This document shows, in pieces, positions 1-8,050 of a stretch of 49,955 nt of DNA. Location of the stretch: IMG/VR virus record IMGVR_UViG_3300045988_130579; one strand, given 5' to 3'. Positions within the stretch are counted from its first letter, which is position 1, and the number at the start of each line of letters is the position of its first letter. Made by a program: the position numbers and the translations under genes. The DNA comes from a virus. The notes beneath the pieces are model-generated. The model saw nothing but the letters and a program-made list of their open reading frames with translations, did no database searches and was not told the DNA's origin.

Positions 1-76
1 GCTAATCACCTCCGCAGGGGTATACTTCCCTTTATGCTTGTATATAGTTAGTATGTGCGGCCGTTTTAACTAAAAA
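1..76. repeat. Copy A (3' portion) of a ~115-bp structured repeat. It matches 48641-48716 with one mismatch, and nt 1-45 match 49911-49955.
   Basis: Direct comparison of the three loci. The element has a GGCCGC...GCGGCC outer stem enclosing a 9-bp inner hairpin. Seen on the minus strand, a U-run, an RBS and a start codon follow. Confidence 0.9.
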
Positions 77-837
77 CAAACTAATTGTTCAAATTTCTGC
101 GGCTTGAGCATTTCGGTTTTAGCTTTATTGTAAAACTCCTTAGATAACTCAAATCCATAACTGTTTCTACCTAATTCCATAGCCGCTCTTAATGTTGTCC
201 CACTCCCTGCTAATGGATCTATAACCACGTCACCTGGGTCTGTAAAGATTGTTATTAACTGCTTCAACAAATTAACTGGCTTTTGTGTCGGATGTATTTT
301 AGGATATGTTTTTGTATCCTTTACCCAGTTAAACCAATTAAAAATCATTTTTCCATTATTATTAAATTTCGGTAGTTTTTCCCTGTATAACACCAAAGCG
401 TATTCAGTAGCACCAACAACACGCATATTTGCTTTTAATACCTGTGCTGAAAAGTTTTTGATGAAAATTAAAGGAATGTGTTTTTTAAACCCATGTTTTT
501 CTGCATACTGAATTACCATCGGCATTTGTTCAAATGAGCAAAAAACTATCATGCACGGAGCTTTCCCTTTTTCTTTAGGCTCTTTTTTTAATAAGCGATT
601 ACAAAAATGAAAGTATTCTGCAATGTTAAAATTATGATCTGTATTGAAAAAAGCTTTACCTGCAAATTTGCTTATACCTTTTTTATTATCGCGATCTACA
701 TACCACATTGGATTAGATCCGTAAGCATTTGCTCCAAGGTTGTACGGTATATCCGCAATTACTAACTGTGCCTTGGGAATCCCATACCGTTTAAAATTTT
801 GAAAATTATCACAATAAAATTCTGTCTTTATTTTCAT
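70..837 (-). CDS. DNA methyltransferase of the N6-adenine/N4-cytosine family (beta class)
   Basis: 255-aa ORF. It has HPTQKP...VIDPLAGSGTT near the C-terminus and ADIPYN near the N-terminus. An AGGAGG RBS precedes the ATG. Confidence 0.85.
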   Translation of the reverse strand: MKIKTEFYCDNFQNFKRYGIPKAQLVIADIPYNLGANAYGSNPMWYVDRDNKKGISKFAGKAFFNTDHNFNIAEYFHFCNRLLKKEPKEKGKAPCMIVFCSFEQMPMVIQYAEKHGFKKHIPLIFIKNFSAQVLKANMRVVGATEYALVLYREKLPKFNNNGKMIFNWFNWVKDTKTYPKIHPTQKPVNLLKQLITIFTDPGDVVIDPLAGSGTTLRAAMELGRNSYGFELSKEFYNKAKTEMLKPQKFEQLVCF

Positions 838-864
838 TGCTTGCCTCCTAAAGTTGACTGTATA

Positions 865-1488
865 TCAAAACGGTTCTGACTTATTAGTGTTCAGCTTGTC
901 AAAATGTTCTTCGCCTAAAATCTGTAGTTCTGCCATATCTGCAGCAAGGTTATATATTTTTGCATGCTTATTATTTCCATGTGTATCGGTAACCTTAGCT
1001 CTAAATTCGGCAATAGTCCCTAAGAAACAACCACAAGACACTGTTATACCTTTGTCTTTATTTTTGAAAAATGTCGTAAAACTAAATCTACTACCAATGC
1101 GACCGATCAATAAATAGTCAGCGTCGCCGCACACCCAAGCGTCGCCGCACACCCTAGCGTTGCCGTACACCTCAGCGTTGCCGTACACCTCAGCGTTGCC
1201 GTACACCTCAGCGTTGCCGCACACCCTAGCGTTGCCGCACACCCTAGCGTTGCCGTACACCCAAGCGTCGCCGTACACCTCAGCGTCGCCGTACACCTCA
1301 GCGTTGCCGTACACCCAAGCGTTGCCGTACACCCAAGCGTTGCCATCTTGCGCTAAGTTATCTTCTTTTTCCACATATCCACCAAGTTCACCAGCTTCAA
1401 CACTTCCAAAGCTAATTAAAGCCTTAATCCTAAATAATTTCTTGCCCCATTTTTCTATAAACTCTGCTGTCAACTCATACTTTTTCAT
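865..1488 (-). CDS. hexapeptide-repeat protein (GNAxVY x12, left-handed beta-helix-like) with unique N- and C-terminal domains
   Basis: 207-aa ORF with an AAGGAG RBS. The middle of the protein is encoded by perfect 18-bp tandem repeats. Confidence 0.75.
   Translation of the reverse strand: MKKYELTAEFIEKWGKKLFRIKALISFGSVEAGELGGYVEKEDNLAQDGNAWVYGNAWVYGNAEVYGDAEVYGDAWVYGNARVCGNARVCGNAEVYGNAEVYGNAEVYGNARVCGDAWVCGDADYLLIGRIGSRFSFTTFFKNKDKGITVSCGCFLGTIAEFRAKVTDTHGNNKHAKIYNLAADMAELQILGEEHFDKLNTNKSEPF
1123..1338. repeat. 12 tandem copies of an 18-bp unit (gttgccgtacacctcagc and variants), followed by a partial 13th copy
   Basis: Read directly from the sequence. The units differ at 2-4 positions only. 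Confidence 0.95.
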
Positions 1489-1703
1489 AGTTACCGCTCC
1501 TTTAAACTTTAGCTAAATCATCTTGACGACATGCTGACCGTTTTGGTACTACATCAGGCACTAACGGATGATATTTATAACACCGTTCACGATCAGCTAC
1601 CACATAAGTAAATCCGCTTTCTTTATCTACTCTCAAAAACGGTTGATGTCCGCTGTATGGACAATCAACAGTGTTAATACATTCAGCGCATTTTCGTTCA
1701 ACG

Positions 1704-1886
1704 TCATTGACGCAGGACCGTTAAAGTGCCGTTTATAGTATCCTCATGGATAACATGCGCCCCATAGTAATCTTCTAAGATATAGCCATCATTAAGAATC
1801 AACCAGTAGCCCCTCGAATCTTTATAGAATTCGTCCACGGCATTTTTATATTTTTTAGGGATGTAGTCTAATAATTTTTTCTTCAT
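1704..1886 (-). CDS. hypothetical small protein (start at the internal ATG with a GAAGGTG RBS)
   Basis: ORF-track entry 1704..1940. The upstream extension overlaps the next gene, and the internal ATG has a good RBS. Confidence 0.5.
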   Translation of the reverse strand: MKKKLLDYIPKKYKNAVDEFYKDSRGYWLILNDGYILEDYYGAHVIHEDTINGTLTVLRQ

Positions 1887-1899
1887 TTCTGCACCTTCC

Positions 1900-2064
1900 T
1901 TAATCGCACATTCTACGCCATGCTGCCAAAGCGCAGGCACGGTTTTTATGGATACTGTCTTTCACTTTTTGGCCGTATTGGTTGCGCACTATAAGGCGCG
2001 CTGTTCCGTCCTGTTTGTCCGTGATACTGGCAGTACAGCCGTATTCTTTATAGGTTGTTTTCAT
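1900..2064 (-). CDS. hypothetical protein (54 aa)
   Basis: ATG with a GGAG RBS. It is not in the track because it is under 60 aa. It packs tightly with its neighbours. Confidence 0.45.
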   Translation of the reverse strand: MKTTYKEYGCTASITDKQDGTARLIVRNQYGQKVKDSIHKNRACALAAWRRMCD

Positions 2065-2123
2065 TTTTCTAACTCCTTTTTATTGCCAAATTTCAGTTTC
2101 GGCATATATCCTTTCAATACTGA

Positions 2124-2336
2124 TTAATTGTTTTCTCTCCAGTCCCACAAGTTACAGTTTGTATGTTCCATAATATAGTCAAATACTTCGGATTTCTTGA
2201 CCTTTAGCGGGTTTACTGCATATCCATTGCTGCGCAGGTCGCGAATAAAGTCGCTTTTTCTGCTATACTCTTGATTTTTTATAAATTTTACCTTATTGTT
2301 ATCGTACTTATCTTTTACTACTGCACTGTACAGCAT
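2124..2336 (-). CDS. hypothetical protein (70 aa)
   Basis: ORF-track entry, same orientation as the operon. Confidence 0.5.
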   Translation of the reverse strand: MLYSAVVKDKYDNNKVKFIKNQEYSRKSDFIRDLRSNGYAVNPLKVKKSEVFDYIMEHTNCNLWDWRENN

Positions 2337-2355
2337 TTATATTTACTCCCTTTAA

Positions 2356-2619
2356 TTACTTCTGATTTCTTAAGTGCTCTCTTACCATGCAAATGTTGCG
2401 GTTAAGCTGTTCGGCTGAAAACAATCTGCGGTTGTCAATCAGCTGGCTGGCTTTGGTTATGTTTTTCAGTGCCTTTTCCATTTCGGCCCTTACTAAACTT
2501 ACTGCCTGTTTTTCTACCTCGTCTGCTATTTTATGGTTATATCTTGCGTCCAGATAGTCATAGGCTTCTTTTAAAATTTCTTCGTACCATTTTATTTGTT
2601 TCTCACTGCCTGTTACTAT
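2356..2619 (-). CDS. hypothetical helical protein whose start is unresolved. The only in-frame ATG is at 2481. The ORF is open from just after the promoter, with an AGGGAG box 5 nt before an ATA codon.
   Basis: ~88-codon open frame with no stops, directly downstream of consensus promoter P1. There is no canonical start near the SD. Confidence 0.35.
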   Translation of the reverse strand: MVTGSEKQIKWYEEILKEAYDYLDARYNHKIADEVEKQAVSLVRAEMEKALKNITKASQLIDNRRLFSAEQLNRNICMVREHLRNQK

Positions 2620-2665
2620 ATGCTCACTCCCTTTCTTTGAGGTGTTTCCCTTACCTCTTGACTAT

Positions 2666-2694
2666 ATTATACACCCCCCTCTGTATATTGTCAA
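2666..2694 (-). promoter_or_regulatory. Consensus sigma70 promoter P1 (TTGACA-17-TATAAT, with a G6 block in the spacer)
   Basis: Perfect -35 and -10 hexamers with a 17-nt spacer. It is one of four near-identical copies. Confidence 0.8.
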
Positions 2695-2748
2695 CAGTTT
2701 TATTAAAATATTTCAAAAAAATACTGGGCGTTTGCCCTGTTTTTGGTT

Positions 2749-3091
2749 TTATTCGTCGGGGGGTAACATCATCTTCTGAATCTCGATTTCTATTGAATCG
2801 TTAATAGGCGCTTCACTCAAAACTATATATCCAATTCTGTTTATTATATAGCCTGTAGTGCCGGCTTGGAAAGCGTATTCTCCGGGTGGCAGTGTAAAAT
2901 CTGCAATCATAAGTACACCCGAACTGTCTGTAAAGCCAAGGTTCATCAAGAATGAATTGCCTTCGTCATACAAGCTGACCATAGCATTTGCTACAGGTTG
3001 CTTTGTATCATAGTCGATAACGGTTATCACAAAACTTGCCGGGCCCACTTCCCCCCCCAGATGTATAAACTAACAATCGTCTATTTAACAT
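2749..3091 (-). CDS. Tail-tip/receptor-binding-like protein with the N-terminus MLNRRLLVYTSGG. It is currently OUT of frame at a G8 tract (3051-3058). G7 would give a ~114-aa ORF carrying a carboxypeptidase-regulatory-like beta-sandwich.
   Basis: ATG at 3091 with a GGGGATAACT RBS. It reads 12 codons into the G8 tract and then stops after 27 aa. The long ORF (track 2749..3048) lies in the -1 frame. Confidence 0.6.
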
Positions 3092-3093
3092 AG

Positions 3094-3465
3094 TTATCCC
3101 CATTTCTGAATGTTTATTGCCACTTTAGCTACTACCCATTTACCATAGTTGGCCTTTAGATACTCATACAATGCTGGTGGCGATTTAAAAGCGTATTGAG
3201 CAATTTTCCCGTCGTCACTGGCCACAACGTTTTCATTTATGGAAAAACCGGCGCCCGGAATTTCGCAGGACAGCGTAAACTTACGCTGTCTAACAGCCGG
3301 GTCGATATCCATAAATTTAAGCAGGAAATTATTGTACTTGTTGGTTTGAAGCGTTTTGAGGTTTGCTTTTGCCTGTGGGAAATTCTGAACAGTCATACCT
3401 TTTGGGCAGTATCCTTCCGCTTTCAATTCCTCACGGTAGGCTTTCGCCTTTTCTGCTTTATTCAT
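3094..3465 (-). CDS. hypothetical protein (123 aa)
   Basis: ORF-track entry. It sits inside the tail-tip cassette but lacks the shared N-terminal motif. Confidence 0.55.
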   Translation of the reverse strand: MNKAEKAKAYREELKAEGYCPKGMTVQNFPQAKANLKTLQTNKYNNFLLKFMDIDPAVRQRKFTLSCEIPGAGFSINENVVASDDGKIAQYAFKSPPALYEYLKANYGKWVVAKVAINIQKWG

Positions 3466-3492
3466 GTCAATTCACTTCACTTTGTTTTTTTC

Positions 3493-3929
3493 TTAATAAT
3501 CTAAAACGTTTGGAGTTGCGCCGTTTATGCTTGCAGAGTAGGACATTATAATCTGAATATTCGTAGTAATTGCACCCTCTACTGCATCTCCTGCATATGA
3601 ACTTACCCATTGCTTAAAATCAGAAGAACTATTATACCTGTATACTTGTACCTCCCAATATTCAGGTTCGGGTATACTTCCTTCTTCTACAGTAGCCCAA
3701 CGCATATTATAAGTTTTACCGCCTGTTACACCAATATATCTAGGCACATTAGGGTCAACAAACTCATTTACATAGGTATTTTCTGTTGTGATTTTTAAAA
3801 CTTTCACACCTGGCGGGATAGTGATAGTAAAAGCATTTACAGTGCTACCCTTCCACAATACAGTTTCCTTTGTTGGCAGCGGGGGTTCAGATGTCCCCCC
3901 GGATATACTAGTAAACGTCTATTAAACAT
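3493..3929 (-). CDS. Tail-tip-like protein with the N-terminus MFNRRLLVYPGG. It is OUT of frame at a G6 tract (3895-3900); G7 would fuse it to the 121-aa ORF. The distal part also has its own TTG start at 3858 with an AAAGGAAA RBS.
   Basis: ATG at 3929 with an AAGGTGG RBS. The frame through the G6 tract stops after 31 aa. Adding one G gives a continuous ~145-aa ORF. Confidence 0.6.
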
Positions 3930-3945
3930 ATTCGTACCACCTTTT

Positions 3946-4641
3946 TTATTGGTCTATTAATTGAATATCTACTGTTTGCCCGTTCCTTCTGTCAAAGTAA
4001 TCTGTTACCGTAGTATCATTAAGCATTTCGAGGGAATAATAGGTAACACCACCATTATAAATAACGGTATTAAGCGTATACATAGAATCAGCCACATAGA
4101 TTGTTATTTGACTTATAGAACTCCGGGTATCTCCTGTTAACGCTACTGTTAACGTGTTTGCCATATACATACCTGTCGTTGTATCCATTATCGCGTCTAT
4201 TCCAACTTTTTCTATTGTGTGCTGCATAAATTGAGCCGGGCTTATCCCGCCAAAATCATTTTTAAAAAATCCCGATTGATAAAAACCCATTTCGACGTCG
4301 TAGTTTTGCCCTATAGTTAATTTAAAATCACAGTTAACGAGGGGGGATAAAACAACATACTCTGTTTCATATTCGACGTCGGTGGGAATAATCCATTTCC
4401 CTGTAGCCGCATTATATCCTGCCGCCGTTATCGTATAAGATATTTCTGTTCCTGTCGGCACTCCATAGAAAACGGCTATTCCTTTATTATCAGTATTAGC
4501 TAAATTGCTTTCACCGTTGTAAGTCAGCTCCACTCTTGCTGACCGAACGTGACCGCCGTCGGGCGTGTCTACATGGATTTCAAGCACAGAATAAGTTTGC
4601 TGCTCCCCCCCCGAATCTATTAATAAACGCCTGTTGAACAT
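3946..4641 (-). CDS. Tail-tip-like protein (231 aa) with the N-terminus MFNRRLLIDSGG. A G8 tract (4605-4612) lies in frame (ON).
   Basis: ORF track, AGGAGGATAACT RBS. The N-terminal region looks like a carboxypeptidase-regulatory-like beta-sandwich. Confidence 0.7.
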   Translation of the reverse strand: MFNRRLLIDSGGEQQTYSVLEIHVDTPDGGHVRSARVELTYNGESNLANTDNKGIAVFYGVPTGTEISYTITAAGYNAATGKWIIPTDVEYETEYVVLSPLVNCDFKLTIGQNYDVEMGFYQSGFFKNDFGGISPAQFMQHTIEKVGIDAIMDTTTGMYMANTLTVALTGDTRSSISQITIYVADSMYTLNTVIYNGGVTYYSLEMLNDTTVTDYFDRRNGQTVDIQLIDQ

Positions 4642-4654
4642 AGTTATCCTCCTA

Positions 4655-5140
4655 TCACGCTATACTTGCTGTTATAGGCAACTTTTCAATCTCTCTATTA
4701 TATCCGCAATACAATACGTTGCAGGGAAACATAAATAAACCAGAACTAACGGCAGCTCGAAGAATATCATTATTAAAATAAACTAATCCGTTCGCTGTAT
4801 CTAAATACTTTCCGTTATTTACATTGGTTAGCCGTAATGTCCCGCGTGCGCTACTAGCAAGGTCAGCCCAATTAAAGTAATCAACTCTATATTGCTGTCC
4901 TGCTGCCACGGCAACAACTTGCCGAAATAGTCGGCTATATGTGGCATTCATTGTACTACGCGGATACCAGTATAACCCTAATCGCGTCACATTTTCGGGA
5001 ATGGTAAATGTCGGCATATATTCCACTTGATTTTGAGCGTTATATTGATTTCGTGACGGAACAAAACAAGCGGTAGGAACATCAACGGGAATAGGAATAT
5101 CCCCCCCGGATGTGCTGACAAGCAATCGACGATTAAACAT
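4655..5140 (-). CDS. Tail-tip-like protein (~161 aa) with the N-terminus MFNRRLLVSTSGG. A G7 tract (5101-5107) lies in frame (ON).
   Basis: ORF track. The start is placed at the internal ATG at 5140, which has a GGAAGGAG RBS, because the motif is shared with the paralogues. Confidence 0.65.
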   Translation of the reverse strand: MFNRRLLVSTSGGDIPIPVDVPTACFVPSRNQYNAQNQVEYMPTFTIPENVTRLGLYWYPRSTMNATYSRLFRQVVAVAAGQQYRVDYFNWADLASSARGTLRLTNVNNGKYLDTANGLVYFNNDILRAAVSSGLFMFPCNVLYCGYNREIEKLPITASIA

Positions 5141-5178
5141 GTTGTTTCTCCTTCCGGGGACATGTTGTCCCCATGAAA

Positions 5179-5621
5179 TCATGGCTGCGGCATTGCGTCG
5201 CTTATCTCGCAGGGCACAGTGTTACCAACGTTGGCCCTAAAAAATTCGTAAAGCTGTTCTGTCAAATCCGGGTCGCCGCCAAACTCATAAACTGCCATAT
5301 CGTCAAAAAAATCAACGTATGATAGCGTTACATCCGGTAACGGTTCCCCGGCAGTTGTTGAAAGGCTGACAATCAAATCAGTGGGAAAGCCGGGCCCGTC
5401 CCACATGATATACATAGTGATGTACGTTCTCCCGGTCATATACAGAACTTTCACAGTTCCAGTTTTGCCTGAAATGGTGCGAGGGTTAGGAGTTATGGCT
5501 CCGTATGTCCCCCCTCGGTTCCGTCGCTGTAGCCGTAAAAGCCGCCGCTGTTGCCGACGGTAAGAGTGCCGCCTGTTGCAGCTTTTGGGGCGCCATATAT
5601 CAATAGTCTTCTGTTAATCAT
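5179..5621 (-). CDS. Tail-tip-like protein with the N-terminus MINRRLLIYG. It is OUT of frame at a G6 tract (5509-5514). G7 would fuse the 42-aa N-terminal ORF to the 91-aa ORF 5179..5454.
   Basis: Frame analysis. One extra G joins the ORF ending at 5493 to ORF 5179..5454 with no intervening stop. Confidence 0.55.
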
Positions 5622-5860
5622 CGTCGCGCCGCTCCACGTATTCGCTCGGCCTGTCACATGTGCCTTTGACATTGCAGCACCCGCAAATAAAGCCGCCCTC
5701 TGGACCGTAATACTTGCAGGCATGGCACCAGCCGACGTATTTAATCTTAAACACATTCACCACTCCCAGTTGTCAATTATCGCTTTACAACTCAAAATCG
5801 CCCATTATCTCTAGATATCTTCAAATATCGCCCGATTTTAAAGATATTCGGCAGATTGCT

Positions 5861-6091
5861 TTACTTTTTAAAGGTTTCTGTTTCCAGTAGATAGGCGATA
5901 CCGTAAATCACTACAGCCGCAGCTGTTATAAAAAATATGTCTATCATGTCTCCATTATACAAAAAACAGCCCATTTTGACATTTGAAGTTTTCGAGATTT
6001 CAAAATAGGCCATTTTTACCATTTCATTTACATAGATAATTTTGAGGTATTTATGCGCAATTTCCTGGACTTTTACTTGCAAATTATGCAC
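5861..6091 (-). CDS. small membrane protein; the start is uncertain and part of the 5' region lies within the bipartite repeat
   Basis: ORF track. It has a hydrophobic C-terminal half. Confidence 0.3.
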   Translation of the reverse strand: MHNLQVKVQEIAHKYLKIIYVNEMVKMAYFEISKTSNVKMGCFLYNGDMIDIFFITAAAVVIYGIAYLLETETFKK

Positions 6092-6105
6092 ACAGTTTAA
6101 ACTGG
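6036..6105. repeat. Bipartite ~70-bp repeat R1. It has two conserved boxes, GTTTAAACTGTGTGCATAATTTGC and AAATACCTCAAAATTAT, on the minus strand. The second copy is at 18551-18620.
   Basis: Direct comparison of the two loci. Both copies are intergenic and lie in late-gene regions. Confidence 0.8.
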
Positions 6106-6813
6106 ACCACCAGAGGTTCCGGACCCTGTATCTACGCCGGTGTGTCGGTGCGTACCGAATTCGATACCAGCGATAGAAGCACCCGTTGTTACGTCAAGAC
6201 GCTGCTGTGCCTTGATATTGCCCTGTACGGTCAAATTACCCGTAATGGTAGTATTACTATTTATCAAGGTGTTAGCCGTGTTCACAGTGACTTGTGACGG
6301 TCCTGTGATATTGATATTGCCGTCCGGCAAGACTTGGATGTAGCAGCTTGGCGTTTTGTTCAGGAAGCCGCCGACGTAAAAGCCATCAGAGATATCGAAC
6401 ATCCGGAATGTACCCGGCTGCACCGGCTCGGTGATACCTACATCGACATTCGACACATCCTGCTTGGCGAATACTGCAAGGCCGATATCTCCAACAACCG
6501 GGTCGCAAATCACTGCCGCCGCGCCGCCCTGAATGCGCAGATACGGCAGGCTGTACATCTGCGCTGGCTGTATGACGTTGTTTTCCGCGTCCATAGAACA
6601 AGTTAAGGGCAGGACGTCAACGCGCCCTGTGGGGGCAATTCCGCCCGCCTCAACGGCCTTTACGATAACCGGGAGTGCCGTGTAAAGGTTGCCGCCCATA
6701 AAAGACCGGATAAAGTAGTCCAGCTGGTTATATTCCGAATTCCCGGAATACGGCGTCCGGGTCGATTGTACAGCGGTCGGGTTACGCTGCTGCTTAACTG
6801 GCGTAGTTGGCAT
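6097..6813 (-). CDS. baseplate spike / central needle protein (gpV / Mu gp45-like)
   Basis: 238 aa. The C-terminus has beta-helix-like VTVNTANTLINSNTTITGNLTVQGNI followed by an HRH metal-binding-like motif. The gene sits after the baseplate hub genes. Confidence 0.65.
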   Translation of the reverse strand: MPTTPVKQQRNPTAVQSTRTPYSGNSEYNQLDYFIRSFMGGNLYTALPVIVKAVEAGGIAPTGRVDVLPLTCSMDAENNVIQPAQMYSLPYLRIQGGAAAVICDPVVGDIGLAVFAKQDVSNVDVGITEPVQPGTFRMFDISDGFYVGGFLNKTPSCYIQVLPDGNINITGPSQVTVNTANTLINSNTTITGNLTVQGNIKAQQRLDVTTGASIAGIEFGTHRHTGVDTGSGTSGGPV

Positions 6814-6827
6814 GTCTCCTCACCTCT

Positions 6828-7700
6828 CTAGCTATACTGATTGTTCTGCACAAATACGGCTGAAAAAGTGCTGTTCCATGCCGCTGTAGCGCTGGTATAG
6901 GCTTCGAGATTGTGCGTAACCTTCGTTACCTTCCATATCCCTGACGCCTTGGGCACCTCGCTGCGCACGTCTATCAGGCCGCCGATGTCGATGTTGTTAT
7001 CAAAGATAGACGACCACTCTAAGCCGTCCTGCGTGAAAGACGGGTAGCCGCGGCCGCCAGTTTCGGCAGAGATAACAACGGCGTTGCCCGTCTTGTTCGC
7101 CCCGCTCGGAATGGTTGTAACTGTGCCGTTTTCTATGAATACCTCGCAGTCAATCATTCTGGCCAGCTTGTATATCTTCTGAATCGGGCTGCCATTTATC
7201 GTGGTATTCGATATCTGGCCAGATACGCCTTGATTTTGATAAACATACTCTGCTTCTGTGGCGAACTGCTGGAACAGCGATGTAACGTCTGCCCGGCCCT
7301 TTATTCCTGTCGGTTTAGAAGGCAGCAGAGCGGCGTAAATTCCGCTGGCCGCGCTGACGCGAAACTTGACATCAGGTGTGCCTGTGTAGTCGGCCCATGC
7401 AAGTGTAAACTCGCCTTCAAAGCATTTGACCATATTCCCGCCGTTGGGACCGACTTCGACTAGAATTAAATTCTTCTGTGATTGCTGTGGCATAAAGCCT
7501 AAAGTAGTGGCGCTGGCCATCACGTCCGGCGGCAAGCCTGCTATCCACAAGTCAAGCGTCGTTTTGTCGTCGCCGCCCGGCTTAACAATCGTCGCCCCGG
7601 TGGCCAGTCCCTCAATGGTGATAGTGTTGTTACCGCCCGCAAACGTCCCCTGTCGAAGCGTGATTGTTGTCCTAATTGATTTTTGCGTAAAGCTGCCCAT
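6828..7700 (-). CDS. baseplate hub-like tail protein (290 aa)
   Basis: Position between the tape measure and spike genes. No motif was recognised. Confidence 0.45.
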   Translation of the reverse strand: MGSFTQKSIRTTITLRQGTFAGGNNTITIEGLATGATIVKPGGDDKTTLDLWIAGLPPDVMASATTLGFMPQQSQKNLILVEVGPNGGNMVKCFEGEFTLAWADYTGTPDVKFRVSAASGIYAALLPSKPTGIKGRADVTSLFQQFATEAEYVYQNQGVSGQISNTTINGSPIQKIYKLARMIDCEVFIENGTVTTIPSGANKTGNAVVISAETGGRGYPSFTQDGLEWSSIFDNNIDIGGLIDVRSEVPKASGIWKVTKVTHNLEAYTSATAAWNSTFSAVFVQNNQYS

Positions 7701-8038
7701 TATGCAATCTCACTTTCTGGAATGTAAACCAGCTTGTAGCGTGTACCTATCTTTTCCAGCTCAATTTGGCTGTTATGGCCGTCTGTGTCGACAAACATCA
7801 GATTGCCGTTAAAATTTACTTTTGGCTGCTGTATAATCCACTGGCTACTCATGCATATAGCGCCACGGCAGACTATATCAGTACCGACGTCGATATCAGC
7901 AAACAGCCAGCCATAACGCCAGTACAGCCTTATTTGACAAATCTGGCCGCCAAGAGTAACGCTGAACTTCTGGTCAGGTATGGCAGAAAGCGGGATAACC
8001 TTGTATCTGCTATTATCAGGATTAGAATTTAGCGCCAT
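7700..8038 (-). CDS. tail/baseplate protein (112 aa)
   Basis: ORF track; its start overlaps the neighbouring gene's stop, consistent with translational coupling. Confidence 0.45.
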   Translation of the reverse strand: MALNSNPDNSRYKVIPLSAIPDQKFSVTLGGQICQIRLYWRYGWLFADIDVGTDIVCRGAICMSSQWIIQQPKVNFNGNLMFVDTDGHNSQIELEKIGTRYKLVYIPESEIA

Positions 8039-8050
8039 ATTTCCACCGCC

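Noticed and set aside
1107-1346. Possible CRISPR array suggested by the regular 18-bp repeats
   Set aside because: The units are directly tandem with no spacers. They lie inside a long ORF and encode a hexapeptide repeat.
854-1516. Overlapping track ORFs 854..1117(+), 1107..1346(-) and 1160..1516(+)
   Set aside because: All are alternative frames of the 18-bp repeat region inside gene 865..1488. They are low-complexity artefacts.
2722-2745. Weak hairpin (GGGC-aaac-GCCC plus T7 on the minus strand) as a terminator upstream of P1
   Set aside because: A 4-bp stem alone is not convincing. It may act as a weak terminator, but the evidence is insufficient.
2469-2804. 111-aa plus-strand ORF
   Set aside because: It is antisense to the minus-strand ORF and to promoter P1, with no RBS.
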